The notes below the pieces were generated by a model, which did not search any database, was not told the origin of the DNA, and was given only the letters and a program-made list of their open reading frames with translations. From positions 1,018 to 65,017 of the forward strand of contig JADFQO010000012.1 in assembly GCA_022561775.1 (NCBI GenBank): 64,000 nt of DNA. Reading direction: 5' to 3'. This DNA comes from Myxococcales bacterium (GTDB taxonomy: Bacteria > Myxococcota_A > UBA9160 > SMWR01). This document shows, piece after piece, positions 52,738 through 62,796 of the stretch. Both the position numbers and the translations under genes were made by a program. Position 1 is the first letter of the stretch, and the number at the start of each line of letters is the position of its first letter.

Positions 52738-53918
52738 AGTGGGCGCAGGCTCTTCCTCGATTTCGTGAACCAGTTTCAACGCTCACCGGTCTCGGCGACA
52801 TGATCGCCGGAGTCGAACCGAGTGCCCGCCCATCCCCGATGACGCCGCAGCAGGTCGCGCGTGAGTTTCACCGGCTGATCGACTCGGGCGCGCAGATTCG
52901 ATGTGTGGGAGATGCGCGGGACGAGCCGATAAGTCTGCTCTCCGGCGGTTACACACCGAAATGCAAAGTGGATCTATTCGATACCCGCTACTACCTCACG
53001 AACATTCGCCAGAATCCAGACATCCGATTCTTCGTCGCCTACGTCGTTCAGAAAAATTCCAGGACGGGGCAGACCGAAATCTACCCGCGAATCTTCTACA
53101 AGGACATTTCGCTGGTCTGGCGCTCGGCCTCGCACTTCGTTCGATCGGAGGACGAGAATTGGATCGGCAAGGGCGAGATGAGAAGCACCCTCGTCGACGG
53201 CGAGGAGATCGAGCAGAGCGTCGAAGAGACCACCGATCTACCTCTCGAGATCCAGACGGCGCTCGAGACCTTGAGCCGAATCGCACGCCGGGTTCCATTC
53301 GACGAGGTCGCCATCGAGCTGGTGCTCCGCAGGGGGCCCGACGATCGAATCGAGCCCTATCGGGATTTTCTGGAACCTCGCGTGCGGGCCCGATCGGATC
53401 CGCGCAATCTCATCAACCGAGGTCGGAGCATCACCCGCATCACCCGCAGGAACGATCCGACTTCACTCCGGTTCGTGAAGGGTTTCCAGCCCGACTTCGA
53501 ACGCGGAGTCGTCGAGATCAGCACTTCGACGAGCAAACTCTACGGCGGTCGCCTGAAGCGATTCAGGATTCTGTCGAAGAATCGAAAGATCCAGTACCTG
53601 TTCTTCGCCGGACCTCGCAGCGTCTGGATCGTGCCGCCCCAGACGACAACGGCCAATCTGACGAGCTATGGCGTTCGGGCGATCGATGTGATCGCCGACG
53701 AACACCTGTGTATTCCCGGATACGAATATCATTTCCTCGACGATTCCGAAGACCCTGCGGTGCTCGTGAGCCAGATTCCCGAAGGCTTCGCGGGGGCGGC
53801 CAGCGAATTCGACCCGTCCAGAGCCGACGCTTCGCCCTGGCTGGAGCGACTTCCCGTGATCCGGGAATTCAGGCGCAAGATCCTGAAGGATTCGCCAGCC
53901 AGGAGTGCGACCCTGTGA
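52734..53918 (+). CDS. hypothetical protein (no family recognised)
   Basis: Coding-like GC3 throughout. The TTG at 52734 overlaps the fdhA stop; alternative ATGs are at 52800 and 52839. The last ~15 codons lie inside repeat element copy B. Confidence 0.6.
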   Translation: MKWAQALPRFREPVSTLTGLGDMIAGVEPSARPSPMTPQQVAREFHRLIDSGAQIRCVGDARDEPISLLSGGYTPKCKVDLFDTRYYLTNIRQNPDIRFFVAYVVQKNSRTGQTEIYPRIFYKDISLVWRSASHFVRSEDENWIGKGEMRSTLVDGEEIEQSVEETTDLPLEIQTALETLSRIARRVPFDEVAIELVLRRGPDDRIEPYRDFLEPRVRARSDPRNLINRGRSITRITRRNDPTSLRFVKGFQPDFERGVVEISTSTSKLYGGRLKRFRILSKNRKIQYLFFAGPRSVWIVPPQTTTANLTSYGVRAIDVIADEHLCIPGYEYHFLDDSEDPAVLVSQIPEGFAGAASEFDPSRADASPWLERLPVIREFRRKILKDSPARSATL

Positions 53919-53968
53919 ATGGGGTCGTGCGCCGCCGCAAGCGAATCCGAAGGATTCGCCAGCTAGCT
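53872..53968 (-). repeat. composite multi-hairpin element, copy B (inverted relative to copy A)
   Basis: The reverse complement reads GCTAGCTGGCGAATCCTTCGGATTCGCTTGCGGCGG...CGACCCC-ATTCACA-GGGTCG...CTCCTGGCTGGCGAATCCTTCAGGATCTTGCGCC. The first 35 nt equal copy A except for one loop base. The TAG in GCTAGC is the korB stop. Confidence 0.85.
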
Positions 53969-54994
53969 CGGTCCGACCGTCCAGGTATCGCCGGAGTGGA
54001 GCAGATCGTACAGTGAGCCGGCGCCGCGTTTGACGATGGCGTCCGCGACCTGGCCTTGCAAAAGGGCGTCGTAGGTCGCCGTTTCGACCGCGCGGAATAC
54101 GCCGATCGGTAGCGGAAATTCCGGTCGCTTGAGGCTCGCGAGCGCGAACGCGTAGGCGGGAGTCTGGGTGCGCTCATTGTGGACCGCCACGCCCGCCGCG
54201 ATCGGATCCTCACCCTTCTGAAGCTCGACCACCGTCGGTATCCCGTCGTGGAGTCGAATCCCGCGGCGCTGGTCCTCGGATCCGAAGAGCAGGGGTTCGC
54301 CATCTTCCAGCACGAGTGCGGCGTTGATCCGGCTCTTGCGATCTTCGACTTCGATCCACTCGTTGTCGTTGTAGACCGGGCAGTTCTGAAGGATCTCGAT
54401 CAGGGCGGTTCCCGGGTGGCTGTGCGCTCTTCGCAGCATTTGCTGGAGATGGGGGCCATCGACGTCGATCGTCCGAGCCACGAAAGTTGCGCCGGCTCCC
54501 AACGCGAATGCGAGCGGATCGATGGGATGGTCGATCGAACCGTCGGGTGTCGACTGGGTTCGCATCCCGATCGGTGAAGTCGGCGAGTATTGCCCCTTCG
54601 TGAGACCGTAGACCCGGTTGTTGAACAGCAGGATCTGGATGTCGATGTTCCGCCGGATGGTATGCAGCAGATGGTTGCCGCCGATCGAAAGCCCGTCCCC
54701 GTCGCCGGTCACCACCCACACGGAGAGGTCGGGCCGGCTGGCCTTGATTCCCGTCGCGAAAGCGGGCGCTCGGCCGTGAATGGTGTGGAACCCATAGGTA
54801 TTCATGTAGTAGGGGAAGCGGCTCGAGCAACCGATACCCGAGACGAACACGAAGTTCTCCCTCGGAATTCCCAGTTCGGGCATCACGCGTTGCACGTTGG
54901 CGAGTACCGAATAATCGCCGCAACCCGGACACCATCGGATGTCCTGGTCGCTCGCGAAATCCTTGCTCGTGAGCTTGCCGAAGTGATCGGTCAC
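53963..54994 (-). CDS. korB: 2-oxoglutarate:ferredoxin oxidoreductase beta subunit
   Basis: Real start is the GTG at 54994 (VTDHFGKLTSKDFASDQDIRWCPGCGDYS). TPP-binding VTGDGDGLSIGGNH. The long N-terminal extension in track ORF 53963..55699 is Arg-rich and overlaps korA. Confidence 0.92.
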   Translation of the reverse strand: MTDHFGKLTSKDFASDQDIRWCPGCGDYSVLANVQRVMPELGIPRENFVFVSGIGCSSRFPYYMNTYGFHTIHGRAPAFATGIKASRPDLSVWVVTGDGDGLSIGGNHLLHTIRRNIDIQILLFNNRVYGLTKGQYSPTSPIGMRTQSTPDGSIDHPIDPLAFALGAGATFVARTIDVDGPHLQQMLRRAHSHPGTALIEILQNCPVYNDNEWIEVEDRKSRINAALVLEDGEPLLFGSEDQRRGIRLHDGIPTVVELQKGEDPIAAGVAVHNERTQTPAYAFALASLKRPEFPLPIGVFRAVETATYDALLQGQVADAIVKRGAGSLYDLLHSGDTWTVGPS

Positions 54995-56850
54995 GGCGAT
55001 GTCTCCTCGCTCAGCAATTCGTCGATTCGAGCGCGAAGCTCTTCGATGAGGAAGGGCTGGCCGCGAACCTTGTTCATTCCAATCGCGGGTACCAGGAATT
55101 CCGAGCGCAGGAGTCGAACCAGTTGCCCCTGGTTGAGCTCGGGCACGAGGATCTTGTCGAAACGGCGCAGGATCTGCTCGAGGTTGGTGGGGAAGGGATT
55201 GAGGTGGCGCAGCTGAATGCTCGACACCGGCTTCCCGTCCACCCGTGCTGCTTCGACGGCGGATGTGATGGCGCCAAAGGTCCCCCCCCAACCCACGACG
55301 AGCAACTCGCCGCTCTCGGGGCCATCGATCTCGATGGGTGGAATATCGACGGCGATGCGCGCGACCTTTTCGGCGCGAAGCCGAATCATCTGCTCGTTGT
55401 TTTCGGGATCGTAGGAGACGTTTCCGGTTGTTTGCTCCTTGGCGAGCCCGCCGATCCGATGCTCGAGGCCCGGAGTTCCGGGTATCGCCCAGGGTCGAGC
55501 GAGGGTTTCGGGGTTGCGCGCGTAGGGCTGGAAGGTCTTTGCATCCGTCCAATGCGTGATCCGCGGTCTCGAAAGCGTTTCGATGTCCGGAATCCGCCAG
55601 GGTTCCGAACTGTTCGCGAGGTGGCCGTTCGAGAGAACGACCACCGGGGTCATGTATTTCACCGCCCATTCGAAGGCTTCGAGGACCGTGTAGAAACAAT
55701 CTCCGGGCGACAGCGGGGCGATCACGGGCATTGGGCTGTCGGAGTTGCGGCCGTAGAGGGCGAGCAAAAGGTCCGCCTGCTCGATCTTCGTGGGCATTCC
55801 CGTCGAGGGCCCCGCCCGCTGAATGTCGATCACGACGAGAGGCAGCTCTGCCATGACCGCGAGCCCCAGAGCCTCCTGCTTCAGCACGAAGCCCGGCCCA
55901 CTCGTCGTGGTAACGCTGAGCACCCCGGCGAACGAGGCGCCGATGGCGGCGCTGATGGCCGAGATTTCGTCCTCGGCTTGAAAGGTCTTGACGCCAAAGT
56001 GTCGATGACGAGCGACTTCGTGGAGCACGTCGCTCGCGGGTGTGATCGGATAGGCGCCGAGGAAGACATCCTTCTGCATCAGCGCGCCGGCGGCCACGAT
56101 CCCCCAGGCGAGAGCCGTATTGCCGGTGACGTTTCGATACACGCCCGGCTGGATCTTCGCTTTCGGAACGATGTAGGAGACGGGAAGAAGCTCCGTTGTT
56201 TCGCCAAACGCGTGGCCGGCGCGAAGTACGCGAAGATTGGCCTCGAGCAGATCTCCCTTGAAGCGGTTTTCGAGCCAGCGCTCGGTGGGCTCCATCGGCC
56301 GGTGGTAGAGCCAGTACATCAGCCCGAGAGCGAAGAAATTCTTGCAGCGATCCGCATCCCGCATGCTGATGTCGAGATCCTTGAGGACCTCTCGATTGAG
56401 CCGGGTGAGAGGGATCTCGACCATCGCGTAGCGATCCCGAAGGGAAGGGCGTGGGTCTTCCGCGTAGCCCGCGCGCTTCAGGCTTTTATCCGTGAAACTG
56501 TTGCTGTTGACGATGACCATCCCGCCGGGTCGCACGTCATCGATGTTGGCGCGCAGGGCCGCCGGATTGAATGCGACCAGTACGTCGGGGTGGTCGGCCG
56601 GCGTCCGGACACTTTTTGACGAGAAGTGGATCTGGAATCCAGATACCCCCGCGAGTGTTCCGGCCGGAGCGCGAATCTCGGCGGGATAGTCTGGAAGCGT
56701 TGCGAGTTCATTACCCGCGAGGGCGGTCGCTTCGGTGAATTTCGTGCCGGTGAGCTGCATTCCGTCACCGGAGTCGCCGGTGAACCGGATGGCTACGCCT
56801 TCGATCTGCCGGACCGCTTTAGCTGGCACTTTCCCTGACATCGCGTTCAT
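54991..56850 (-). CDS. korA: 2-oxoglutarate:ferredoxin oxidoreductase alpha subunit
   Basis: IRFTGDSGDGMQLTG, LPDYPAEIRAP.GT, AYPITPASD, TTSGPGF, PTKIEQADL. 4-nt overlap with korB. Confidence 0.92.
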   Translation of the reverse strand: MNAMSGKVPAKAVRQIEGVAIRFTGDSGDGMQLTGTKFTEATALAGNELATLPDYPAEIRAPAGTLAGVSGFQIHFSSKSVRTPADHPDVLVAFNPAALRANIDDVRPGGMVIVNSNSFTDKSLKRAGYAEDPRPSLRDRYAMVEIPLTRLNREVLKDLDISMRDADRCKNFFALGLMYWLYHRPMEPTERWLENRFKGDLLEANLRVLRAGHAFGETTELLPVSYIVPKAKIQPGVYRNVTGNTALAWGIVAAGALMQKDVFLGAYPITPASDVLHEVARHRHFGVKTFQAEDEISAISAAIGASFAGVLSVTTTSGPGFVLKQEALGLAVMAELPLVVIDIQRAGPSTGMPTKIEQADLLLALYGRNSDSPMPVIAPLSPGDCFYTVLEAFEWAVKYMTPVVVLSNGHLANSSEPWRIPDIETLSRPRITHWTDAKTFQPYARNPETLARPWAIPGTPGLEHRIGGLAKEQTTGNVSYDPENNEQMIRLRAEKVARIAVDIPPIEIDGPESGELLVVGWGGTFGAITSAVEAARVDGKPVSSIQLRHLNPFPTNLEQILRRFDKILVPELNQGQLVRLLRSEFLVPAIGMNKVRGQPFLIEELRARIDELLSEETSP

Positions 56851-57065
56851 TCCGCTCGGTCTCGCTCTGCTTGTTGGTCTGGGAGACCGGCCCAGCGCGT
56901 TACAACTCCATTGTATCTCGCCAGGCCGGTTGTGAAACCCCCGATCCCGCAGCTGTGCGATGCGCGGCTACGCCCGCAGATCTCCCAGGGGGCCTGCGCG
57001 CTTCCGGCCGGCGCTGCACCGCACTGAACCTCAAGAGCGAAGCGATCTGATCCGATATCGAAGGC

Positions 57066-57626
57066 ATGATCTTCTCAGCCTGCTCGGCTCCGACCCCATC
57101 CGCGATCGAGCTGCGCACCGTGCGGCGATCTCTGAACACTCCCGTGCTGGCGATCGCCGAGCTCCCGGTCGGTCCGGCAACCGCTGCAATTGCAGCGCAC
57201 GTCGACTCCTGCGATGGCCTTCCCCGCTATACGCTGGCCGTCCGTTGCGAGCGGAGCCGCGAAGTCGTCTTCTTTTGCGTGCGCGAGGAGGATCGCACCC
57301 TCTCGGAATCGTCCTTGGCCGCCGAGGCGGCGCTCTCGCTCGCCGAGGGTATGGGGTTTCTCTTCGATGAAGATTCGCCTCCGATCTCCGCTGAAGCCGT
57401 GGCCTTGATATGGCAGGAGTTTGCCGACTCAGCGGATCCGGGCGCTGTTGCGGCCGCTGTGCGCCCGACGCTGCTGCTGACGAAATTCCGCCGCCCGTCT
57501 TCGCGGGCCACAGCGGGGTCGGCGGCGGTCGTCGCATCCGAAGCAGCTCCTCAGCGCGCCGCACTTGGTGTTGAGGTCGAATTCGAGACGTCCGATACCC
57601 AGATCGCCCGCCAGGGCGATCGCTGA
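57066..57626 (+). CDS. hypothetical protein (186 aa)
   Basis: Coding-like codon usage; no motif recognised. First gene of a co-oriented string with the PilW-like and RodZ-like genes. Confidence 0.5.
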   Translation: MIFSACSAPTPSAIELRTVRRSLNTPVLAIAELPVGPATAAIAAHVDSCDGLPRYTLAVRCERSREVVFFCVREEDRTLSESSLAAEAALSLAEGMGFLFDEDSPPISAEAVALIWQEFADSADPGAVAAAVRPTLLLTKFRRPSSRATAGSAAVVASEAAPQRAALGVEVEFETSDTQIARQGDR

Positions 57627-57652
57627 AGTCGTCATCTTTGGAGGGGTTCTCA

Positions 57653-58447
57653 ATGTCGAAACAATCTTTGCCGGGCGCGGTGCCGATGGTCTGGTTCTGC
57701 GTTCTCACCGTGCTCCTCGGAATCGGCTGCGCGAGTTCGACGCGCAGGGCTGAGAAGGAACAGCGCCTCAGGAAAGCCGATTTACACTTCAATCTCGGGC
57801 TCGACTACATCCGCAACGAACGCGCCGCGCTTGGCCTTCGCGAACTCCTGTTCGCCGAGGATCTCGATCCCCGAAACCCGCGAATCCACCACGCGCTGGC
57901 CGACACCTACTTGATGCGGGGCAAACCAGTAGAGGCCGAACAGCACTACCTTCGGACACTGGAGATCGATCCGACCTCCCACGAGGCGCGGCTCACGCTC
58001 TCAGCTCTGTACAGCCAACTCGATCGCTACGAGGAATCGTGGTTCCACACCTCGATGCTCGCGGACGACGCCACCTTTCCCGGCCCCTGGCGGGCTCTTG
58101 CGTACAAAGGCTTCGCCGAGTACCGACTCGGCCAGGTCGAGGAGGCCCGCCGCACACTCGAACTCGGGCTCGAATACCGCAACAACTACTGGCCGACGCT
58201 TCTTTATCTCGGCATCCTCGATGTGGCGGAAGGTCGGCGGCTTGAGGCGCTCGCGCTTTTTCGGCAGGTTCTTGAGCAGGAACCCGTACTCGAGGTTCAA
58301 GCCCAGGCCAACTACCGTATCGGCGAGATCTACATCGCGCTGGGTGAGCGCAAAAAGGCGATCGGCCACCTCAGGGCGGCTGTCGCCCAGACTCCGGGTG
58401 ATTCATGGGGCGCGAAATCCGAGGAGACCTTGAACCTCCTCCGCTGA
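57653..58447 (+). CDS. TPR lipoprotein (PilW/PilF-like)
   Basis: RBS GGAGGGG. Lipobox LLGIGC. About six TPR units (LGLDYIRNE..AL..LLFAEDLDPRN...). Confidence 0.7.
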   Translation: MSKQSLPGAVPMVWFCVLTVLLGIGCASSTRRAEKEQRLRKADLHFNLGLDYIRNERAALGLRELLFAEDLDPRNPRIHHALADTYLMRGKPVEAEQHYLRTLEIDPTSHEARLTLSALYSQLDRYEESWFHTSMLADDATFPGPWRALAYKGFAEYRLGQVEEARRTLELGLEYRNNYWPTLLYLGILDVAEGRRLEALALFRQVLEQEPVLEVQAQANYRIGEIYIALGERKKAIGHLRAAVAQTPGDSWGAKSEETLNLLR

Positions 58448-58992
58448 CCGGCGGAGCGGGTCCGCTGCCCGAGGGCAAAGCGCGGGACCGCGAGATTTCG
58501 ATCGGAGCCTACCTCGCCCGAGAACGTCGCCTGCGCAGAATCTCCATAGGCGAACTCGCCGAACTCACCAAGATTCCGCCGCGCTCCATCGAACGCATGG
58601 AGGCGGGTGCGTTCGACGGGAACCCGGACGGATTCGTGCGGGGGTTCGTCCGCGCGATTGCGGCGGCGTTGGGGTTGGATCCCGAAGAAGCGGTCATGCG
58701 GATGCTCGGCGAGCCGGCCGATGTGGCGGAGGCGGCGCAAGCCCCGGCCCTCCGGCTGGATCGTCGGCACCTCGCCATTTTCGGGTTGCTGGTGGCGGCG
58801 GTTGGGCTCGGCCTGGCGATCTGGGGCTGGGCTTCCCGCGTTCCGACCGCTGACGACACGCCGAAGATCGTCTATCGCCGCGATGCCGTGCGTGCCCTGG
58901 CCGATGAGCAGGCTCGGTCTCCGGGTGCTGCGCAGAGCGCCGTGGGCGGCTCGGAGCCGGTAGAATCTCCGGGTGACCAGCATCCGTACTGA
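58405..58992 (+). CDS. HTH (XRE-type) membrane protein, RodZ-like
   Basis: IGAYLARERRLRRISIGELAELTKIPPRSIERMEAG.F, GFVRGFVRAIAAALGLD, then a TM (LAIFGLLVAAVGLGLAIWGW). 43-nt overlap with the preceding gene; no later in-frame start exists. Confidence 0.7.
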   Translation: MGREIRGDLEPPPLTGGAGPLPEGKARDREISIGAYLARERRLRRISIGELAELTKIPPRSIERMEAGAFDGNPDGFVRGFVRAIAAALGLDPEEAVMRMLGEPADVAEAAQAPALRLDRRHLAIFGLLVAAVGLGLAIWGWASRVPTADDTPKIVYRRDAVRALADEQARSPGAAQSAVGGSEPVESPGDQHPY

Positions 58993-59752
58993 AGCGCTGA
59001 TCCTTCGCTCTGTCGACTTCGGTGAGTCCGATCGGATCCTGCATCTATTGGTGCCCGAGATCGGACGACTCCCCGTGATCGCCAAGGGGGCCCGTCGGAG
59101 CGTGCGCCGCTTCTCGGGGACGTTGGATCTGTTCAACCACGTGAAGATCCAGGTCGATCTCCGGCGGCCGACCGTGCTCGCGCGCCTCGACCAGGCGAGC
59201 CTGATCGATCCCTTCATCGCAATGAGAAGCGAGACCGCGCGCTTCGGGCTGGGTTGTTATCTGCTCGAACTCTTCGATCGACTGGCTCCTGAGCGCGGAG
59301 TCCGCGCCGACACGCAGCGGTTGTTCTCTTTTGCACTTGGCGCCCTGAGGATGGTGTCCGAACGCGCTCCGGATCTGCGGCTGCGCACGCTGATCGAACT
59401 CCGCGCTCTCGATGCTCTCGGGTTGCGCCCGGAGTTCTCGCGTTGTGTGCGCTGCGGTTCGACTCCGGCGGGCCGCAGCCCGGTCGGTTTTCACGTGGCG
59501 GATGGCGGCGTGGTCTGTGATCGGTGCTGCGCACGACTCGACGGAATCCCGCGCGTCCAACGCGGGACCCTCCGCGCCCTCGAGCAGGGGTTGTGCCTCG
59601 ATCTCGAGCGGCTCGATCGGCTCGTGATGGATGGCCCGCTGCTCGAGGAGGCCCGTCAACTGCTGGGTCGATTTCAGCGCTTTCACCTGGGCGTCGAGCT
59701 GCGAAGCAGGTCCTTTCTGGATCGCGTTCTGCGATCCCCGGCGCCCGGATAA
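58973..59752 (+). CDS. recO: DNA repair protein RecO
   Basis: RTEALILRSVDFGESDRILHLL (OB fold) and a Zn-finger-like C.RCG....F....GG..C..C. Confidence 0.88.
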   Translation: MTSIRTEALILRSVDFGESDRILHLLVPEIGRLPVIAKGARRSVRRFSGTLDLFNHVKIQVDLRRPTVLARLDQASLIDPFIAMRSETARFGLGCYLLELFDRLAPERGVRADTQRLFSFALGALRMVSERAPDLRLRTLIELRALDALGLRPEFSRCVRCGSTPAGRSPVGFHVADGGVVCDRCCARLDGIPRVQRGTLRALEQGLCLDLERLDRLVMDGPLLEEARQLLGRFQRFHLGVELRSRSFLDRVLRSPAPG

Positions 59753-59813
59753 CCGATATACTGGCCGCCTTCTGACAGCTGAGAGGGGTGCCTTCTGGCG
59801 TGTGGGAGCTTTC

Positions 59814-61138
<1,325 letters not shown>

Positions 61139-61151
<13 letters not shown>

Positions 61152-61630
61152 GAGGATTCGGGCTTCTTTGCGCCGCGTTTCTGGGGCTGCTCTTCTGCTT
61201 GGCCTGCTCGTCGTCTTCGAGGCATATTTCGAAGCCGCCCTCGGGCAGCGTGGGCGTAGCCGGTGGGTACGCGATTGACTTTCTCCGGCGCACCGAGACG
61301 TTCTACAAGACACTGATCCGTCGTCGGTTCAATACACTCGAGACCTTCAACGACCGCGTCCTTCGAGATCACTTCCAGACCCCTGACGCGTTTTTCGACT
61401 ATTACGCGGACCTCGCACAGTCCCTCCACGAGGCTCGCTTCGAGCGAAGCCGACCCACCGATGTGGAGGTCGAGGAGTTTCTGTTCGAGAACCGCTTCAC
61501 CGCACAGGTGCAGGTGCGATTTGTCGGAGAGGACAACCGACCCCTCAATCCGGGAACGGCAGTGCTGATTCGGCTCGATCGCTGGGAGCGCGTGGACGGG
61601 CGCTGGTGGATCAGGCCCGGCAAACTCTAG
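61139..61630 (+). CDS. lipoprotein with an NTF2-like (SnoaL-type) fold suggested
   Basis: Lipobox LLFCLAC. The C-terminal ...VLIRLDRWERVDGRWWIRPG pattern is typical of NTF2-like cones. The GTG start overlaps the end of glyQS. Confidence 0.55.
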
Positions 61631-61874
61631 CGGCGCCGCGCTCCCTCATTTCGCGCTGAAAACACCACGTTGGGTCGCGCGGCCGCCCTGCGGTGTCGAC
61701 GCGATTTGCGCGAAGCGTCGTCTGCGGCTGCCTCGAGAGAACGAGAGACCACAGAAGTGGAAAAGCGATTCTCCACGATTCGCTCCGTAGGTCTGCCCAC
61801 ACCCATCTGCGCCAACGCATTATTGCGAGTTGAATTGATCGGTTATCGGCCCGGATTGCGGGTGGGCCGCACAC

Positions 61875-61890
61875 TGGCACAGCGTTTGCT
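61875..61890 (+). promoter_or_regulatory. sigma-54 (-24/-12) promoter TGGCACAGCGTTTGCT
   Basis: Exact TGGCAC-N5-TTGC spacing in a gene-free interval, pointing towards the ECF sigma gene about 210 nt downstream. An AT-richer patch lies at 61817-61847. Confidence 0.55.
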
Positions 61891-62099
61891 CTTGCTCCGG
61901 GGCGGGACCTGGGTCCCACCCTTGAAAGGTTATCCACCGTTTGGGGAGCAAGCGCAGAAGAGCTGACGGGTCGCCCTCGGGAGGGTTGGATCCCGCTCTG
62001 ATTCGAGCCGTCCGGCAGGACGCCCCGCGTCCGAAACAACCGGTCGACGGCCCGCGGTTCTCGCCTGCGATTCCAGGCAGAAAGCGTCCGGAGGAATGC

Positions 62100-62681
62100 G
62101 TGGCAGATTGCGAACAAGCGTGGGAGAGCGATGCGGAACTCGTGGAGGCGATCCTCGCGGGTAGCAGCGATCACTTCAATCTGCTCTACGAGGCCTACTT
62201 TTCGCGCGTCTACCGCTTTGCGCTGAAGCGCCTCCGCGACCCCGGCGAGGCCGAAGACGTCACGCAAGAGGTGTTCCTGACCGTTTTCAGGGCTCTCTCG
62301 AGTTACCGCGGCGACTCGAAGTTGCTCGTCTGGATCTTCGGGATCACGCGAAATACCGTCAACCGTCGCTTTCGCAAGGCGCGCCCCTATCTCGAGTCCA
62401 TCGACGCTGTGTCCGCGAGCCGCCTAGCCATGGAATCGGCCCCCGTCGATCGGTCGGTCGACGCGCGTCGGGCGCTCGAGCGCTGTGTCACGGTCATCGA
62501 GGAGGACTTGACGCCACTCCAGCGCCGCATCTTTCACCTCAAGCACCTCCGGCAGCAATCGATTCGCTCGATCGCGGGCGCGCTCGGTAAATCGGAAGAC
62601 GCCATTAAGGCCAACCTCTACCGGATGCGCATCTCGATTTTCGAGAGCACACCTGGCTTGGAGGCGATCCTCAGGGCTTGA
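62100..62681 (+). CDS. ECF-type RNA polymerase sigma factor
   Basis: Region 2 (F..LY..YF.RVYRFALKRLRD...AEDVTQEVFLTVF) and region 4 (LTPLQRRIFHLKHLRQQSIRSIAGALGKSEDAIKANLYRMR). GTG at 62100 after GGAGGA. The track ORF begins at 61941, but that part has poor coding character. Confidence 0.85.
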   Translation: MADCEQAWESDAELVEAILAGSSDHFNLLYEAYFSRVYRFALKRLRDPGEAEDVTQEVFLTVFRALSSYRGDSKLLVWIFGITRNTVNRRFRKARPYLESIDAVSASRLAMESAPVDRSVDARRALERCVTVIEEDLTPLQRRIFHLKHLRQQSIRSIAGALGKSEDAIKANLYRMRISIFESTPGLEAILRA

Positions 62682-62796
62682 GCGTTCTCCGTCCGGCGTC
62701 GATTTATCGCGAACGAAAGACACACGGGTGTATGGCAGTGTTCTTGCCACCGAGCGGTTTTCCGAGCCACAACCCGGTTAGGTGAGGGGTGGCGAA

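Noticed and set aside
54995-55699. N-terminal extension of the korB ORF (track ORF 53963..55699)
   Set aside because: It overlaps the korA C-terminus out of frame and is Arg-rich. KorB homology starts at the GTG at 54994.
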